Shown: positions 1-10,145, numbered from the stretch's first letter. The stretch is DNA of 64,000 nt from Chthoniobacterales bacterium (GCA_038207335.1 JBBQZX010000005.1:32001-96000); one strand, 5' to 3'. Program-made: numbers and translations. The notes: a model not told the origin generated them from the sequence alone.

Positions 1-225
1 AGCAATCGTAAGACGCGCAGCGCGGAATTCACCCTTCAAGTCCGTATCTGGCCGGACTCCACGGGCCGCATCGCACGCGCCCAGCTCATCGGCACAAGCG
101 GCGACCGCGATGTCGATAACGCCATCCAGCGCGACGCGCTCACCGGTCTGCAACTTCCCGAGCCGCCGCCCGCCGGGATGCCCTCCTCCACGCTCATCCG
201 CCTCACCGCAAAGAAGCAGCGCTGA
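1..225 (+). CDS. C-terminal part of a TonB-like energy transducer (partial, runs off the window start)
   Basis: Frame 1 is open to TGA at 223-225 and reads ...LQVRIWPDSTGRIARAQLIGTSGDRDVDNAIQRDAL...PEPPPAGMP. This fits the TonB C-terminal pattern (G-x-I, SG-x3-D-x-A, P-x-PP). Not in the ORF track. Confidence 0.7.
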   Translation, partial: SNRKTRSAEFTLQVRIWPDSTGRIARAQLIGTSGDRDVDNAIQRDALTGLQLPEPPPAGMPSSTLIRLTAKKQR

Positions 226-243
226 CCATTTTCTCCACCTCTC

Positions 244-2241
244 ATGTCCCATCCAACCACCGTCTTTCGACGGCGACTGGCAGTCTTTTTTGCGTCCTCA
301 TGCTGTGCCGCACAGGCATTCGCCGGGCGTCCTGTCGAGCCTCCGCTCCCCGTCACGGAAGCGCCTCCGCCGAGCAACCCGCTCGCGCTCATTGCTCTAG
401 CAGCGCCCACAGCGCCATCGGAAAAGAGCGCGCCTTCACTCGCTCACGGTGCCGCTGAAATGCCCGCGGTTCCGGCGAAAGCGACACCTTCACAAAACGT
501 CACGATCAACCTGATCAACCGGCTCGTGGAGCGCGGAGTGCTGGCAAAAGAGGACGCTGTCGATCTCATCAAGCAAGCCGAGGAAGACGCGATCAAAGCG
601 CGCGAACAATCCTCGAACGTCGCGCAAGTCCTTCCTCCGTCCGCCGCGATTTCCGAGGAGCCAGTGCTTGCGAAGCCGCCGCTTTTTCCCGACGCACAAG
701 TCACGCCCAGCCCGCTCCCGCCCGAGGATGATCCGGTGCGCGTGGCCTACATTCCGCCGGTCGTCGTGTCTAGGATGCGGGATGAAATCAAGGCCGACTT
801 GCTCGAAGAATTGAGCCACGATAAGACTGGCACCGTCAAGATTCCAGACTGGGTGCCGCGCTTCCGCGTGAGCGGCGACATCCGCGTCCGCTACGATGGG
901 ACTTACCTCCCATCGACTAAGCTCAACGCCAATGGCGAAGTCGTCTCCGGCAACGACAACACCGGCGCTTTTCCGAACTTCAACTCGATCAACACCGGTG
1001 CGCCATTCGACGTGAGCGGCAACACGTTCGCGCCGCAGACCAATGTCGATCAGGATCGAAATCGCTTCCGTCTACGCCTGCGCATCGCGGCAGAAGTTGA
1101 TATGGGTGAGGGCTTTAGCGCTGGTATCCGAATCGCGACCGGCGAGAACAACAGCCCTGTCTCCACAAACCAAAGCTTTGGCCTCGCCAACAATGGGCAA
1201 GGCGGAGACTTCTCGAAATACTCCATCTGGCTCGACCGCGCCTACCTGCGCTACCAAGTCGGGGGCACGCCGGAGCGCGACTTTTCGATCATGGTCGGGC
1301 GCTTCGACAATCCGTTCTTCAACACCGAGATCGTGTTCGACGACGACGTGGGCTTCGACGGCGTCGCGATCACTGGAAAATACCGGTTCTTCGAACGCCT
1401 GACGCCATTCATCACCGCGGGCGCGTTCCCTGTTTTCAATACCGACTTCAACTTCTCTAGCAACCAGCCGGCGAAGTTCAAAAGCGAAGACAAGTATCTC
1501 TACGCGGCGCAAATCGGCACCGATTTGAAAGTAACCAAAGACCTCTCTGCGAAACTCGGCGTGGCCTACTACCACTACGACAAGATCGAGGGCCGCCTCT
1601 CCAGTCCTTTCACCCCGCTCAACTCCTCCGACCAAGGTGACACCGACGGCACGCGTCCATCTTTCGCCCAAAAAGGAAACACCTACCGACCGCTGCGAAA
1701 CATCGTGGCGAATGCGAGTAACAACTTCGGAACCACCAACCAATTCCAGTACTTCGGACTCGCGACACCTTTCCACGAACTTTCGATCACCGCGCGGCTC
1801 GACTACAATCGCTTCGAGCCATTCCAAGTCTCGCTCATCGGCGAGTATGTGAAAAACCTCGCCTTCAATGGCTCGGACGTCGAACGCGTGGCGATCAACA
1901 ACCGCGGCGCAAACACCAACAGCGGCTCTATCGGAAGTTTCTCAGGCGGCGATACCGCGTGGATCGTCGGCCTGCGCGTCGGGCACCTCGTGCTCGAGAA
2001 GCGGTGGGATTGGAATGCCTTCATCGGATACCGCTACGTCGAGTCCGATGCGGTCGTTGACGGCCTCACCGACTCCGACTTCGGTCTAGGGGGGACAAAT
2101 GTGAAAGGCTACACGGTCGGCGCGACGCTCGCCCTCGGTGCGCGCGTGAATCTCGGCCTGCGCTGGCTCAGCGCGGACAGCATCTCCGGCCCGCCCTTCA
2201 AGAGCGACGTCCTGCAAGTCGATGTGAACGGCAAATTCTGA
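244..2241 (+). CDS. Putative outer-membrane porin (Porin_5-like beta-barrel) with a Pro-rich N-terminal extension
   Basis: Signal peptide, SGDIRVRY / DRNRFRLRLR / WLDRAY / GRFDNPF motifs, amphipathic strands, C-terminal QVDVNGKF (terminal Phe). Confidence 0.8.
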   Translation: MSHPTTVFRRRLAVFFASSCCAAQAFAGRPVEPPLPVTEAPPPSNPLALIALAAPTAPSEKSAPSLAHGAAEMPAVPAKATPSQNVTINLINRLVERGVLAKEDAVDLIKQAEEDAIKAREQSSNVAQVLPPSAAISEEPVLAKPPLFPDAQVTPSPLPPEDDPVRVAYIPPVVVSRMRDEIKADLLEELSHDKTGTVKIPDWVPRFRVSGDIRVRYDGTYLPSTKLNANGEVVSGNDNTGAFPNFNSINTGAPFDVSGNTFAPQTNVDQDRNRFRLRLRIAAEVDMGEGFSAGIRIATGENNSPVSTNQSFGLANNGQGGDFSKYSIWLDRAYLRYQVGGTPERDFSIMVGRFDNPFFNTEIVFDDDVGFDGVAITGKYRFFERLTPFITAGAFPVFNTDFNFSSNQPAKFKSEDKYLYAAQIGTDLKVTKDLSAKLGVAYYHYDKIEGRLSSPFTPLNSSDQGDTDGTRPSFAQKGNTYRPLRNIVANASNNFGTTNQFQYFGLATPFHELSITARLDYNRFEPFQVSLIGEYVKNLAFNGSDVERVAINNRGANTNSGSIGSFSGGDTAWIVGLRVGHLVLEKRWDWNAFIGYRYVESDAVVDGLTDSDFGLGGTNVKGYTVGATLALGARVNLGLRWLSADSISGPPFKSDVLQVDVNGKF

Positions 2242-2246
2242 ATCTC

Positions 2247-2864
2247 ATGTCTCGTCTCCCACTCTTCTTCCTTCTCACTCTCTTCATCCATCCGATCGCC
2301 CGCGCCGCCGAGCAGGACGCTGCAGTCGCCAAGATGCGCGACATATTGAAAGCCACGATGCTCCAGCAGCGCGCGGCCGAAACCGCCCGCGACGCTGCAG
2401 TCGCCGCGCAAGCCGAGGCCGAGACGAAAAGCAAAACGCTCACCGAGCAAGTGGCCGCGCAGGGCAAGCAACTCGCCGCCGACAAAGACGCGAACGACAA
2501 AAAGATCGCCGCGCTCGAGACCAAGCTCGCCGAGCGCGAAGCCGAACTCGCCCAATACAAAGCCGCGCTCGAGAAGCTGAAAGTCGCCGAAAAAAAGGCA
2601 GCCGAACTCGCCGCGACCAAGGAAGTGCAGCGCGAAAAACTCGCGGGTGAGACGATCGTGCTTCAGCGGAAAGTCGCCGACCAGCAGGTGCGGAATCTCG
2701 CGATGTTCAAGCTCGGGAAGGAGATCCTAGCCCGCTACGAGAAGTTCGGTCTCGGCGACGCTCTCACCGCCCGCGAGCCATTCATCGGCATCACCCGTGT
2801 GAAATTCGAGAACCTGATCCAGGACTTCGGCGACAAGCTCAACGAGCAGCGAATCAACCAGTAG
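2247..2864 (+). CDS. Secreted coiled-coil protein of the TonB/porin cluster
   Basis: Signal peptide, long Ala/Lys/Glu heptad region, C-terminal EPFIGITRVKFENLIQD, 5 bp after the porin. Confidence 0.65.
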   Translation: MSRLPLFFLLTLFIHPIARAAEQDAAVAKMRDILKATMLQQRAAETARDAAVAAQAEAETKSKTLTEQVAAQGKQLAADKDANDKKIAALETKLAEREAELAQYKAALEKLKVAEKKAAELAATKEVQREKLAGETIVLQRKVADQQVRNLAMFKLGKEILARYEKFGLGDALTAREPFIGITRVKFENLIQDFGDKLNEQRINQ

Positions 2865-3053
2865 AGCCGCTCCGCAGTCATCACGTCCGGGTGGAGAACG
2901 CGCTCGCGTGTCCTCTACTGTGACCGGAGTCGCGTCCCTCCCGCCAAACGCACTCAGGCCACGGTACGAGAGCCATGTGCTCCACCCAACGCGTCCGCTT
3001 CGTCGAGCCTTTGCCTTGCCGGTCTCGCGCCCATCCGCCACCGTCTCCGCTCT

Positions 3054-4067
3054 ATGTCCACGAAGCGCTTCGGATGCCTTGGCATCTTCATCTTTCTCCT
3101 GCTCCTGCTCAGCCTCGCGGTGAATGCGATCTTCCTCGCCACGCGCAGCGCGAAAGTCGCCGCCAACGGCCTCCTCAAGTCCGAGCCCCCGAAATTCGAC
3201 GAATCGCTCGTGCTTCCGGGCAAGGACGGCAGCGACGACAAAATCGCACTCATCTACCTCCGCGGCATCATCACAAACGCCGAGCCCGGCTCCATCGGCG
3301 AGACCGCGATCGACGACCTCCGCATTCAACTCAAGCAAGCCGCCAGCGACGAAAAAGTGAAGGCCGTCGTCCTCTACATCGACTCGCCAGGCGGCGAAGT
3401 CACCGCATCTGACATGATTTACAATGCCGTCCGCCGCGTGCGCGACGACGCGAAAAAGCCTGTCGTCGTTTACATGGGCGCGCTGGCCGCGTCCGGTGGT
3501 TACTACGTCGCGTGCGGCGGTTCGTGGCTCATCGCGAACGATACCACCTTCACTGGCAGTATCGGCGTCATCATGCAGACGCTGAATTACCAGGCGCTTT
3601 TCGACAAAGTCGGCCTCCAGATGCAGACGTTTAAAAGCGGCAAATTCAAGGACATGCTCAGCGGCTCGCGGCAGCCAACCGACGAGGAAAAAGCATACGT
3701 CCAGGGACTCGTCATGCAGACTTACGGCAAGTTCGTCGGCATCGTCGCGAGAGAGCGCGGACTGCCCGAAGATCAACTGCGTGCGGGCATCGCCGACGGC
3801 CGAGTCGTTTCGGGAAAAGACGCGCTCGACGAGAAATTGATCAACGGCCTCGGCGAAGTCGAAGACGCGTATGCAAAGGCGATGGAACTCGCGCATGCCC
3901 CGGGAGCCGCCGTCGTGAAATACCAATCGTCATTCGCATTCGGGAAACTTTTCCGACTCCTCGGCCAGTCCGAGAAATCCAAAATCGAGGTGAACCTTTC
4001 CAACTCGATCGTGCCGAAACTCGAAGCTGGGCGGATGTATTACCTCCCGAGTTTCTACGCGGAATAG
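3054..4067 (+). CDS. sppA: Signal peptide peptidase SppA (S49)
   Basis: IDSPGG, AASGGYY, TGSIGV, KSGKFKD motifs and an N-terminal TM helix. Confidence 0.93.
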   Translation: MSTKRFGCLGIFIFLLLLLSLAVNAIFLATRSAKVAANGLLKSEPPKFDESLVLPGKDGSDDKIALIYLRGIITNAEPGSIGETAIDDLRIQLKQAASDEKVKAVVLYIDSPGGEVTASDMIYNAVRRVRDDAKKPVVVYMGALAASGGYYVACGGSWLIANDTTFTGSIGVIMQTLNYQALFDKVGLQMQTFKSGKFKDMLSGSRQPTDEEKAYVQGLVMQTYGKFVGIVARERGLPEDQLRAGIADGRVVSGKDALDEKLINGLGEVEDAYAKAMELAHAPGAAVVKYQSSFAFGKLFRLLGQSEKSKIEVNLSNSIVPKLEAGRMYYLPSFYAE

Positions 4068-4094
4068 CCCGCGCTCACCTAGCGCACGGAAGCT

Positions 4095-4913
4095 GTGGAC
4101 GCCCAAATCAACCTGCCCACGCTGCTGATTTTCAGCGCGATCCTCTTTGCCGCCATCGGCGTCTATCAGAGCGTCATGCGCCGCATCATCGAGGCCGGTG
4201 GCCTCGTCCGTGCAGCGGAATTCCAGCTCGCCGACCTGCTCACCGCCGTCGTCCTCGCGGGCTTATTCACGATCAATGTCTTCCTCTCGCTGCTCCACAG
4301 CGACGCGCCGGCACCCCTCCCGAATTCCGACGGCATCCTCCCGACCGCGGTTTACATGCTCATTCTCGTCGCTGGCATCGCCGGCTTTTTGCGACTCCGA
4401 AACATCGACCTCTGGCGCCTCTTCGGCTTCGACCGCGTTTCGCGCGGCCGCGCAATGGCCACCGGCCTGGGCCTGATCCTGGCGGCGTTCCCGATCATCG
4501 TCGCCGTCGCATCCCTCTCCCAAAAGCTCCTCGACACCGGCACCCACGAGCAGGAACTCGTCACACTCTTCCGCGATGTCACACGAAAATCCGACACCGC
4601 TACCATGGCGAAAATCATCCTCGCCGGCGTCGTGATCGCGCCCATTACCGAGGAATTCCTCTTCCGCGGATATTTCTACGGCGCGCTGAAAAGATACTCC
4701 GGCGGCTTCGTCAGCGCCGTCTTTGTCTCCGCGCTTTTCGCCGCCATCCACCTGAATCTCGCCTCCGCGCCGAGCCTGTTCATCCTCGCCCTCTGCCTCA
4801 CCATCGCCTACGAGTCCACCGGCTGCATCCTCGTCCCGGTCACGATGCACGCGCTCTTCAATCTCGGCCAGCTCGTCTTCCTTTTCGTCAATGCGCGTGC
4901 GCACATCGGCTGA
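4095..4913 (+). CDS. CPBP (CAAX/Abi) intramembrane metalloprotease
   Basis: APITEEFLFRG, FAAIH, HALFN motifs and multiple TM helices; GTG start. Confidence 0.9.
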   Translation: MDAQINLPTLLIFSAILFAAIGVYQSVMRRIIEAGGLVRAAEFQLADLLTAVVLAGLFTINVFLSLLHSDAPAPLPNSDGILPTAVYMLILVAGIAGFLRLRNIDLWRLFGFDRVSRGRAMATGLGLILAAFPIIVAVASLSQKLLDTGTHEQELVTLFRDVTRKSDTATMAKIILAGVVIAPITEEFLFRGYFYGALKRYSGGFVSAVFVSALFAAIHLNLASAPSLFILALCLTIAYESTGCILVPVTMHALFNLGQLVFLFVNARAHIG

Positions 4914-5811
4914 TCCCGCGGCGGGGCCGACCCTCGCGCAAATCGGCGAAAACGCGCTGGTCGAAATGCTCACCCGCGGCCTCCCGCGAGACGCCCGCGT
5001 GCGAGTCGCGGCGGGCGACGACTGCGCAGTCATCGGCGCCCCGCGCGACACCCGCTGGCAGCTTTTGAAAACCGACGCCGTCATCGAGGGCGTGCATTTT
5101 CTCCCCGACGAAAACCCCCGCCGCATCGGCTGGAAAGCCCTCTGCCGCGCCATCAGCGACATCGCCGCGATGGGCGGCATCCCCCACTACGCGCTCATCA
5201 CCATCGCCGTCGGGAGTGGGGTGAAAATCGCGCGCATTCGATCTCTCTACGCCGGTCTGCTGCGCGCAGCTGACGCCTTCGGAGTCAGCATCGTCGGGGG
5301 CGAAACCGCGCGTTCACCCGGCTCGCTTTTCCTGAACATCGCGCTCACTGGCAGCGTCGAGCGCACCCGCTGCGTCCTGCGCTCCGGCGGCCGTCCCGGC
5401 GATGTCCTCCTCGTCACCGGCAGGCTCGGCGGCTCGATAAAGGCGAAGCACCTCGACTTCACCCCGCGCCTCGCAGAGGCCCGCTGGCTCGTCGAAAATT
5501 TCAAGCCCACCGCCATGATGGACCTCAGCGACGGACTCGCCGCCGACCTCCCGCGCCTCGCCGCCGCCAGCCGTTGCGGCTTCACGTTGGACAAAGAAAG
5601 AATTCCCCGCACGCGCGGCATCGCGATCGAACGCGCCCTCACGGATGGGGAGGATTATGAATTGCTCATTGCCGTTCCTGCCAATCGTCTTGCCAGCCTC
5701 CAAGCCGCATGGCCACAGAGTTTCCCACGCCTGCCGCTCACGCAAATCGGCTCTCTCAATTCCCAACCCTCAACTCTCATTCCCCTCCGTGGATTCGATC
5801 ATTTCACGTAG
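4891..5811 (+). CDS. thiL: Thiamine-monophosphate kinase
   Basis: GDDCA, EGVHF, SDIAAMGG, GGET, DLSDGL, GEDYEL motifs; exact start uncertain. Confidence 0.93.
   Translation: MRVRTSADPAAGPTLAQIGENALVEMLTRGLPRDARVRVAAGDDCAVIGAPRDTRWQLLKTDAVIEGVHFLPDENPRRIGWKALCRAISDIAAMGGIPHYALITIAVGSGVKIARIRSLYAGLLRAADAFGVSIVGGETARSPGSLFLNIALTGSVERTRCVLRSGGRPGDVLLVTGRLGGSIKAKHLDFTPRLAEARWLVENFKPTAMMDLSDGLAADLPRLAAASRCGFTLDKERIPRTRGIAIERALTDGEDYELLIAVPANRLASLQAAWPQSFPRLPLTQIGSLNSQPSTLIPLRGFDHFT
5753..5780 (+). repeat. Four imperfect heptamer repeats inside the 3' end of thiL
   Basis: ctctcaa ttcccaa ccctcaa ctctcat. Confidence 0.55.
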
Positions 5812-6202
5812 TTCCGAGGAAACATTCGAGTGCGGACGCGCCTTCGCCGCCGCTCTCCGGGGTGGCGAAATCCTCGCCCTCATCGGTGACCTCGGCGCTG
5901 GCAAAACTCATTTCGTCAAAGGCCTCGCCGCCGGCCTTGGACATATCGGTGAAGTCACGAGCCCGACCTTCACCCTCATCCACGAATACACAGGCGGACG
6001 GCTCCCGCTCTGCCACTTCGACTTCTTCCGTCTCGAATCCGAGCGCGAAGTCCTCGACATCGGCCTCGACGACTACCTCGATTCCCGCGCCATCCTCGCC
6101 ATCGAGTGGGCCGAAAAATTCGCCGCTCTCCTCCCCGCCACGACCCGCCGCATCACCTTTCGCCACCTTCCCCACGACACACGCGAAATCGCAATCGCGT
6201 GA
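5789..6202 (+). CDS. tsaE: tRNA t6A biosynthesis ATPase TsaE
   Basis: GDLGAGKT P-loop, VTSPTF, HFDFFRL, IEW; GTG at 5789 chosen instead of the longer ORF-track start. Confidence 0.93.
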   Translation: MDSIISRSSEETFECGRAFAAALRGGEILALIGDLGAGKTHFVKGLAAGLGHIGEVTSPTFTLIHEYTGGRLPLCHFDFFRLESEREVLDIGLDDYLDSRAILAIEWAEKFAALLPATTRRITFRHLPHDTREIAIA

Positions 6203-6221
6203 ACGTTGTCGCTCGCACCCA

Positions 6222-6698
6222 TCAATACGGTTTCGGAATCACGCGTCTCGCCGGATCTGTCGCGCCGGGCATGTTGAAAATCGGTGCGGGATTCGTCGAT
6301 CGGACCTCCGAGGCGCGCAGGACGAATTCGGGATAAAACCCATTGCTCGACGGCTCATAAACCGTCTGCCCCGAATATTCGCCGTAGAGCTTGTATTCAT
6401 ACCCGTTGTCGCTCCCGACCTCGTTCCGCGCGCGGTCCGGCGCGAGCCGGTGCTGCTCGTTCAACATCACCAATTTCGCCGCGCTCCACGGCTCCCCCGG
6501 GCTGCGCACAAAGCCCCAAAACTTATAGTCGTTTTTGTAAAAGCGCCGCCCAATGAAATAGTTCCCCGGCGGCTCCGCGGAGATGGAATTCACCATCGCC
6601 ACCCGCGCCGATTGAATCCCCTGCATCTCCTGAGTGGCACAGCCGCCGAAGACCGCTGCGAGCATGAGAAGCAGGACGAAAGAGAAGCGCGAGAGCAT
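6222..6698 (-). CDS. Lipoprotein of unknown function
   Basis: Hydrophobic leader with lipobox-like FGGC; aromatic-rich globular domain. Confidence 0.7.
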   Translation of the reverse strand: MLSRFSFVLLLMLAAVFGGCATQEMQGIQSARVAMVNSISAEPPGNYFIGRRFYKNDYKFWGFVRSPGEPWSAAKLVMLNEQHRLAPDRARNEVGSDNGYEYKLYGEYSGQTVYEPSSNGFYPEFVLRASEVRSTNPAPIFNMPGATDPARRVIPKPY

Positions 6699-6769
6699 GT
6701 GAATGGTGAGTGAGAAGCACGATGTAGCTGCTGCTCTCCCGGAAATCCAACCGCGAAAATTGGCGCTCC

Positions 6770-7210
6770 TCAGCGCTCCTCGATCTGCTGCCGGATGCGC
6801 GCCAGCAGCGCCGGTTGCCGCGCAAGCTGCCCGGTGAGCGCCTCGATCGCCCGCAGCGTCGGCGGGCTGATGTGATGCTCCATCCCCTCCACGTCGTGGA
6901 AAATCACGCTTTCATCGATGCCGAAAAGATTCAGGAAATCGGTGAGCAGCTCATGCCTCCGCGTGATGTTCCGCGCCAATGTCTCGCCTGCCGTCGTCAG
7001 CACCAGCCCGCGATATTTCTCATACTTCAGCAGTCCCTCCGCATCGAGCCGCTGGATCATGTTCGTCACGCTTGCCTGCGAGATTTCCAGCGACTGCGCG
7101 ATATCGACCACGCGCGCATAACCCTTCGTATTTATGAGCTCCAAGATGCGTTCGAGGTAGTCCTCCACTGCGGAGGACGGTCGGGCTGGAGGCGCGGTCT
7201 TGGCAGGCAC
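6770..7210 (-). CDS. mntR: DtxR/MntR-family metal-dependent repressor
   Basis: EDYLE, HTH region ARVVDIAQSLEISQASVT, RRHELL, EGMEHH; divergent from mntH; GTG start at 7210 inferred. Confidence 0.9.
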   Translation of the reverse strand: MPAKTAPPARPSSAVEDYLERILELINTKGYARVVDIAQSLEISQASVTNMIQRLDAEGLLKYEKYRGLVLTTAGETLARNITRRHELLTDFLNLFGIDESVIFHDVEGMEHHISPPTLRAIEALTGQLARQPALLARIRQQIEER

Positions 7211-7275
7211 GCGCAGACGATGCCAGTGCGAAAAATGTGCGTCAAGGCTGTGAAAGTAAGTCTTGCGGAACAATG

Positions 7276-7289
7276 TTAGCCTAGGCTAA
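7276..7289. promoter_or_regulatory. Putative MntR/DtxR operator
   Basis: Perfect 14-bp palindrome TTAGCCTAGGCTAA between divergent mntR and mntH, 12 bp before the mntH ATG; resembles the DtxR/IdeR box. Confidence 0.75.
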
Positions 7290-7301
7290 TTCTCTATTCC
7301 G

Positions 7302-8672
7302 ATGTCCGAACCGATCCACGATCACGCCCCGCTGGAGGGCTGGAAGAAAGAGGGCGGCGTCTCCCTGCCAGAGGTGTTTCGCTCCATCCCAGTCCCGAAA
7401 AACGCCTCTTTCTGGCGCAAGCTCCTCGCCTTCGCCGGCCCCGGCTTCCTCGTCTCTGTCGGTTACATGGACCCCGGCAATTGGGCCACCGACCTCGCGG
7501 GTGGCGCGAAGTTCGGCTACTCGCTCCTCTCCGTCATACTGATCTCCAATCTCATGGCGATCCTGCTGCAGCACCTCTGCGTGAAGCTCGGCGTCGTCAC
7601 TGGACGCGACCTCGCACAGGCCTGCCGCGACGACTATCCTCGCCCCGTCATTATTGTGCTCTGGCTGCTGTGCGAAGCCGCTATCGCCGCGTGCGATCTA
7701 GCCGAAGTCGTCGGCTCCGCCATCGGCCTGCAGCTTCTTTTTGGCATCCCGCTCGTGTGGGGCTGCGTCATCACTTCGCTCGATGTGATGCTCGTCCTCT
7801 TTCTGCAAAACAAAGGCTTCCGCTACGTTGAGGCGCTCGTCATCGCCGTCATCCTCACCATCGGCGGTTGCTTCCTGGCCGAGCTCATTTTTGTAAAACC
7901 CGACCTCGGCGCGATGACCGCGGGCTTCGTCCCGACAATGGAGATTCTGAAAAATCGCGAGATGCTCTTCGTCGCGATCGGAATCCTCGGCGCGACCGTG
8001 ATGCCGCATAATCTCTATCTTCACTCCTCGATCGTTCAGACGCGGAACTTCGAGCGGACGCCCGAGGGCAAAGCCGAGGCGATCCACTTCTCCACGCTCG
8101 ATTCCACGTTCGCGCTCATGTTCGCGCTCTTCATCAATGGCGGCATCCTCGTCCTCGCCGCCGCCGCATTTCATTGGAGCGGGCATCGCGATGTCGCGGA
8201 AATTCAAGACGCGTATCAGCTCCTGAGCCCGACGCTCGGCGTTGGCATCGCGAGCACGCTCTTCGCGCTCGCCCTGCTCGCGAGCGGCCAAAATTCAACG
8301 CTCACCGGCACGCTCGCCGGCCAGATCGTGATGGAAGGCTTCCTCAACATCCGAATGCGCCCGTGGCTGCGCCGCCTCATCACGCGCCTAATCGCGATCG
8401 TTCCGGCTGTCTTGGTCATCGGCATATTGGGAGAAGGCCGCACGACCGATTTGCTCATCTGGAGCCAGGTGATCTTGAGCATGCAACTCGGCTTTGCGGT
8501 GATCCCGCTGCTGCTCTTCACCGACAGCCGGGCGAAAATGGGAAAGTTCGCAAATCCGCTCTGGATCAAGGTTCTCGCGTGGTCCACCGCATTCATCATC
8601 GTGGTTTTGAATCTCAAACTGCTGTTCGATCAATTCGCCCCCGCCTCGTGGCAGGCGGCCGTTGGCTTCTAA
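7302..8672 (+). CDS. mntH: Nramp-family Mn2+ transporter
   Basis: YMDPGN and MPHNLYLHS signature motifs, GQIVMEGF, about 11 TM helices. Confidence 0.95.
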   Translation: MSEPIHDHAPLEGWKKEGGVSLPEVFRSIPVPKNASFWRKLLAFAGPGFLVSVGYMDPGNWATDLAGGAKFGYSLLSVILISNLMAILLQHLCVKLGVVTGRDLAQACRDDYPRPVIIVLWLLCEAAIAACDLAEVVGSAIGLQLLFGIPLVWGCVITSLDVMLVLFLQNKGFRYVEALVIAVILTIGGCFLAELIFVKPDLGAMTAGFVPTMEILKNREMLFVAIGILGATVMPHNLYLHSSIVQTRNFERTPEGKAEAIHFSTLDSTFALMFALFINGGILVLAAAAFHWSGHRDVAEIQDAYQLLSPTLGVGIASTLFALALLASGQNSTLTGTLAGQIVMEGFLNIRMRPWLRRLITRLIAIVPAVLVIGILGEGRTTDLLIWSQVILSMQLGFAVIPLLLFTDSRAKMGKFANPLWIKVLAWSTAFIIVVLNLKLLFDQFAPASWQAAVGF

Positions 8673-8685
8673 AAGCGCGTCTCCC

Positions 8686-9114
8686 ATGTATCGCAAAATC
8701 CTCATCGCCCTCGACCACACTGCCGCGGATGAAGCGCTGCTGCGCCACGTAACGCAGCTTGCCGTGCTGATGAAAAGCGAGTTGCTGCTTGTGCACGTCG
8801 CGGATGGCTGGGTCGCGCGGAATTTCGACCAGCTCAACCTCGCCGAGTCCGAAGAGATGAGAGAAGACTGGCAGCGGCTCGATCAAGCGGCAGCGCACCT
8901 GCGAAGTGAGACAGGGCTCGTCGCCTGCACCCGGCTCGCGCTCGGGAGCCCGCCTGACCAAATCCTGAAAGTCGCGGCCGAGGAAAAGGTGGACCTCATC
9001 GCGATGGCGTCGCACGGGCACCGGCTCGTCGGCGACATCATCCACGGCAGCACGATCGAGCGCGTGCGGCACAACGCGCGCGTGGCGATGGTGGTCGTCC
9101 CGGCGGTGAAGTGA
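8686..9114 (+). CDS. Universal stress protein (UspA family)
   Basis: MYRKILIALD, LLLVHV, DLIAMASHGH, GST...V motifs. Confidence 0.88.
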   Translation: MYRKILIALDHTAADEALLRHVTQLAVLMKSELLLVHVADGWVARNFDQLNLAESEEMREDWQRLDQAAAHLRSETGLVACTRLALGSPPDQILKVAAEEKVDLIAMASHGHRLVGDIIHGSTIERVRHNARVAMVVVPAVK

Positions 9115-9149
9115 CGCGTGTGCGATCCTCGGGCAATTGCGCACAGGCG

Positions 9150-10145
9150 CTACCGAGAGATCCGTGCGCCGCTGGCTTGCTGATTGAATCCGATCACCGA
9201 GACGACCGCGCGTTGCGCCGCGCTTTTCTGCACCGCGAGAGTCGCGGCGATCGTTTGGATGAGAGCGCTGGCACCGGGCGCTTCGCCGAGGCATCGCTTG
9301 GGAAGCAGCTCTGGCATAGCATTCCCGAGCGCGTTGGCTTCGGCGCGGTCGATGAAGGTTCCGTTTGCGCTTCGGACTGCGAAGTCGCCGGGGCCGAGCT
9401 CCGAGAGCACGCGCCGGAGTGCTGCGGTGGCGCCGCTTTGCTGGAAAAACGGCACGCCGGGGTGCGTCTCGATTCCGAGCCGCCCCGCGCGGCTGAGCAC
9501 GATCGCGCCTGCTCCTTCCGCCAGCGGCGTGCGGGCGAAATGCCAGTCACGATACGCCTCACAGAGCACCCAATCGCATTCCTCCGCGGCGACGACAACG
9601 CACTGATCGATGTCGGTCGTCGCGAGGAGTTGTGTCCCGAAATGCAGCGCGGAGAGGCCGACTGTCGCGTCGCCGACGAGCGTGTACGTCGCGCCGTCGA
9701 GACCGAGTTGCGCAGCGAGATGGCTGGCTGGCGCGTTGTAAACCGTCTCGGGAAAAAGCAGCGGGCTCGCGGTGTTTGCGCCTTGCTTGACAATCTGCTC
9801 GTAGAAGCGGCGCGTGTATTGCACTCCGCCGTCGCTGACCGCGAAAACGATCGCGGTGCGTGCGGAAATCTCCGGGGTGACCTTGAGCCCGGCGTTTTCG
9901 AGCGCAGCGAGTCCGGCTGCGACGGCAAAGTAACTGATCGGGCTGGAGCGGCGCAGTCGCGGGTTGCGCCCGAGTGCCTCCACAAGCTTTGGAGGCACCG
10001 GCATCGAGTCGTGAATGCGGCCAGTCTCGGGATTCGGGAGCTGTCGGATTTCCGCGACATCTCTGCGTATCAAGCGTTCCCAAACCAAGTCCAGGTCAGC
10101 CCCGAGCGGCGTCACCCATCCCATGCCAGCGATACGACTTTTCAT
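9150..10145 (-). CDS. Catalytically inactive beta-ketoacyl synthase homologue (chain-length-factor-like)
   Basis: KS fold (IAGMGWVTPLG, SPLLFPETVYNAPA, AEGAGA) with the Cys and both His positions substituted; ATGA overlap with the upstream KS. Confidence 0.75.
   Translation of the reverse strand: MKSRIAGMGWVTPLGADLDLVWERLIRRDVAEIRQLPNPETGRIHDSMPVPPKLVEALGRNPRLRRSSPISYFAVAAGLAALENAGLKVTPEISARTAIVFAVSDGGVQYTRRFYEQIVKQGANTASPLLFPETVYNAPASHLAAQLGLDGATYTLVGDATVGLSALHFGTQLLATTDIDQCVVVAAEECDWVLCEAYRDWHFARTPLAEGAGAIVLSRAGRLGIETHPGVPFFQQSGATAALRRVLSELGPGDFAVRSANGTFIDRAEANALGNAMPELLPKRCLGEAPGASALIQTIAATLAVQKSAAQRAVVSVIGFNQQASGARISR

Noticed and set aside
7211..7301. yybP-ykoY manganese riboswitch upstream of mntH
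   Set aside because: The region is too short and lacks the expected structure. The operator palindrome explains the regulation better.
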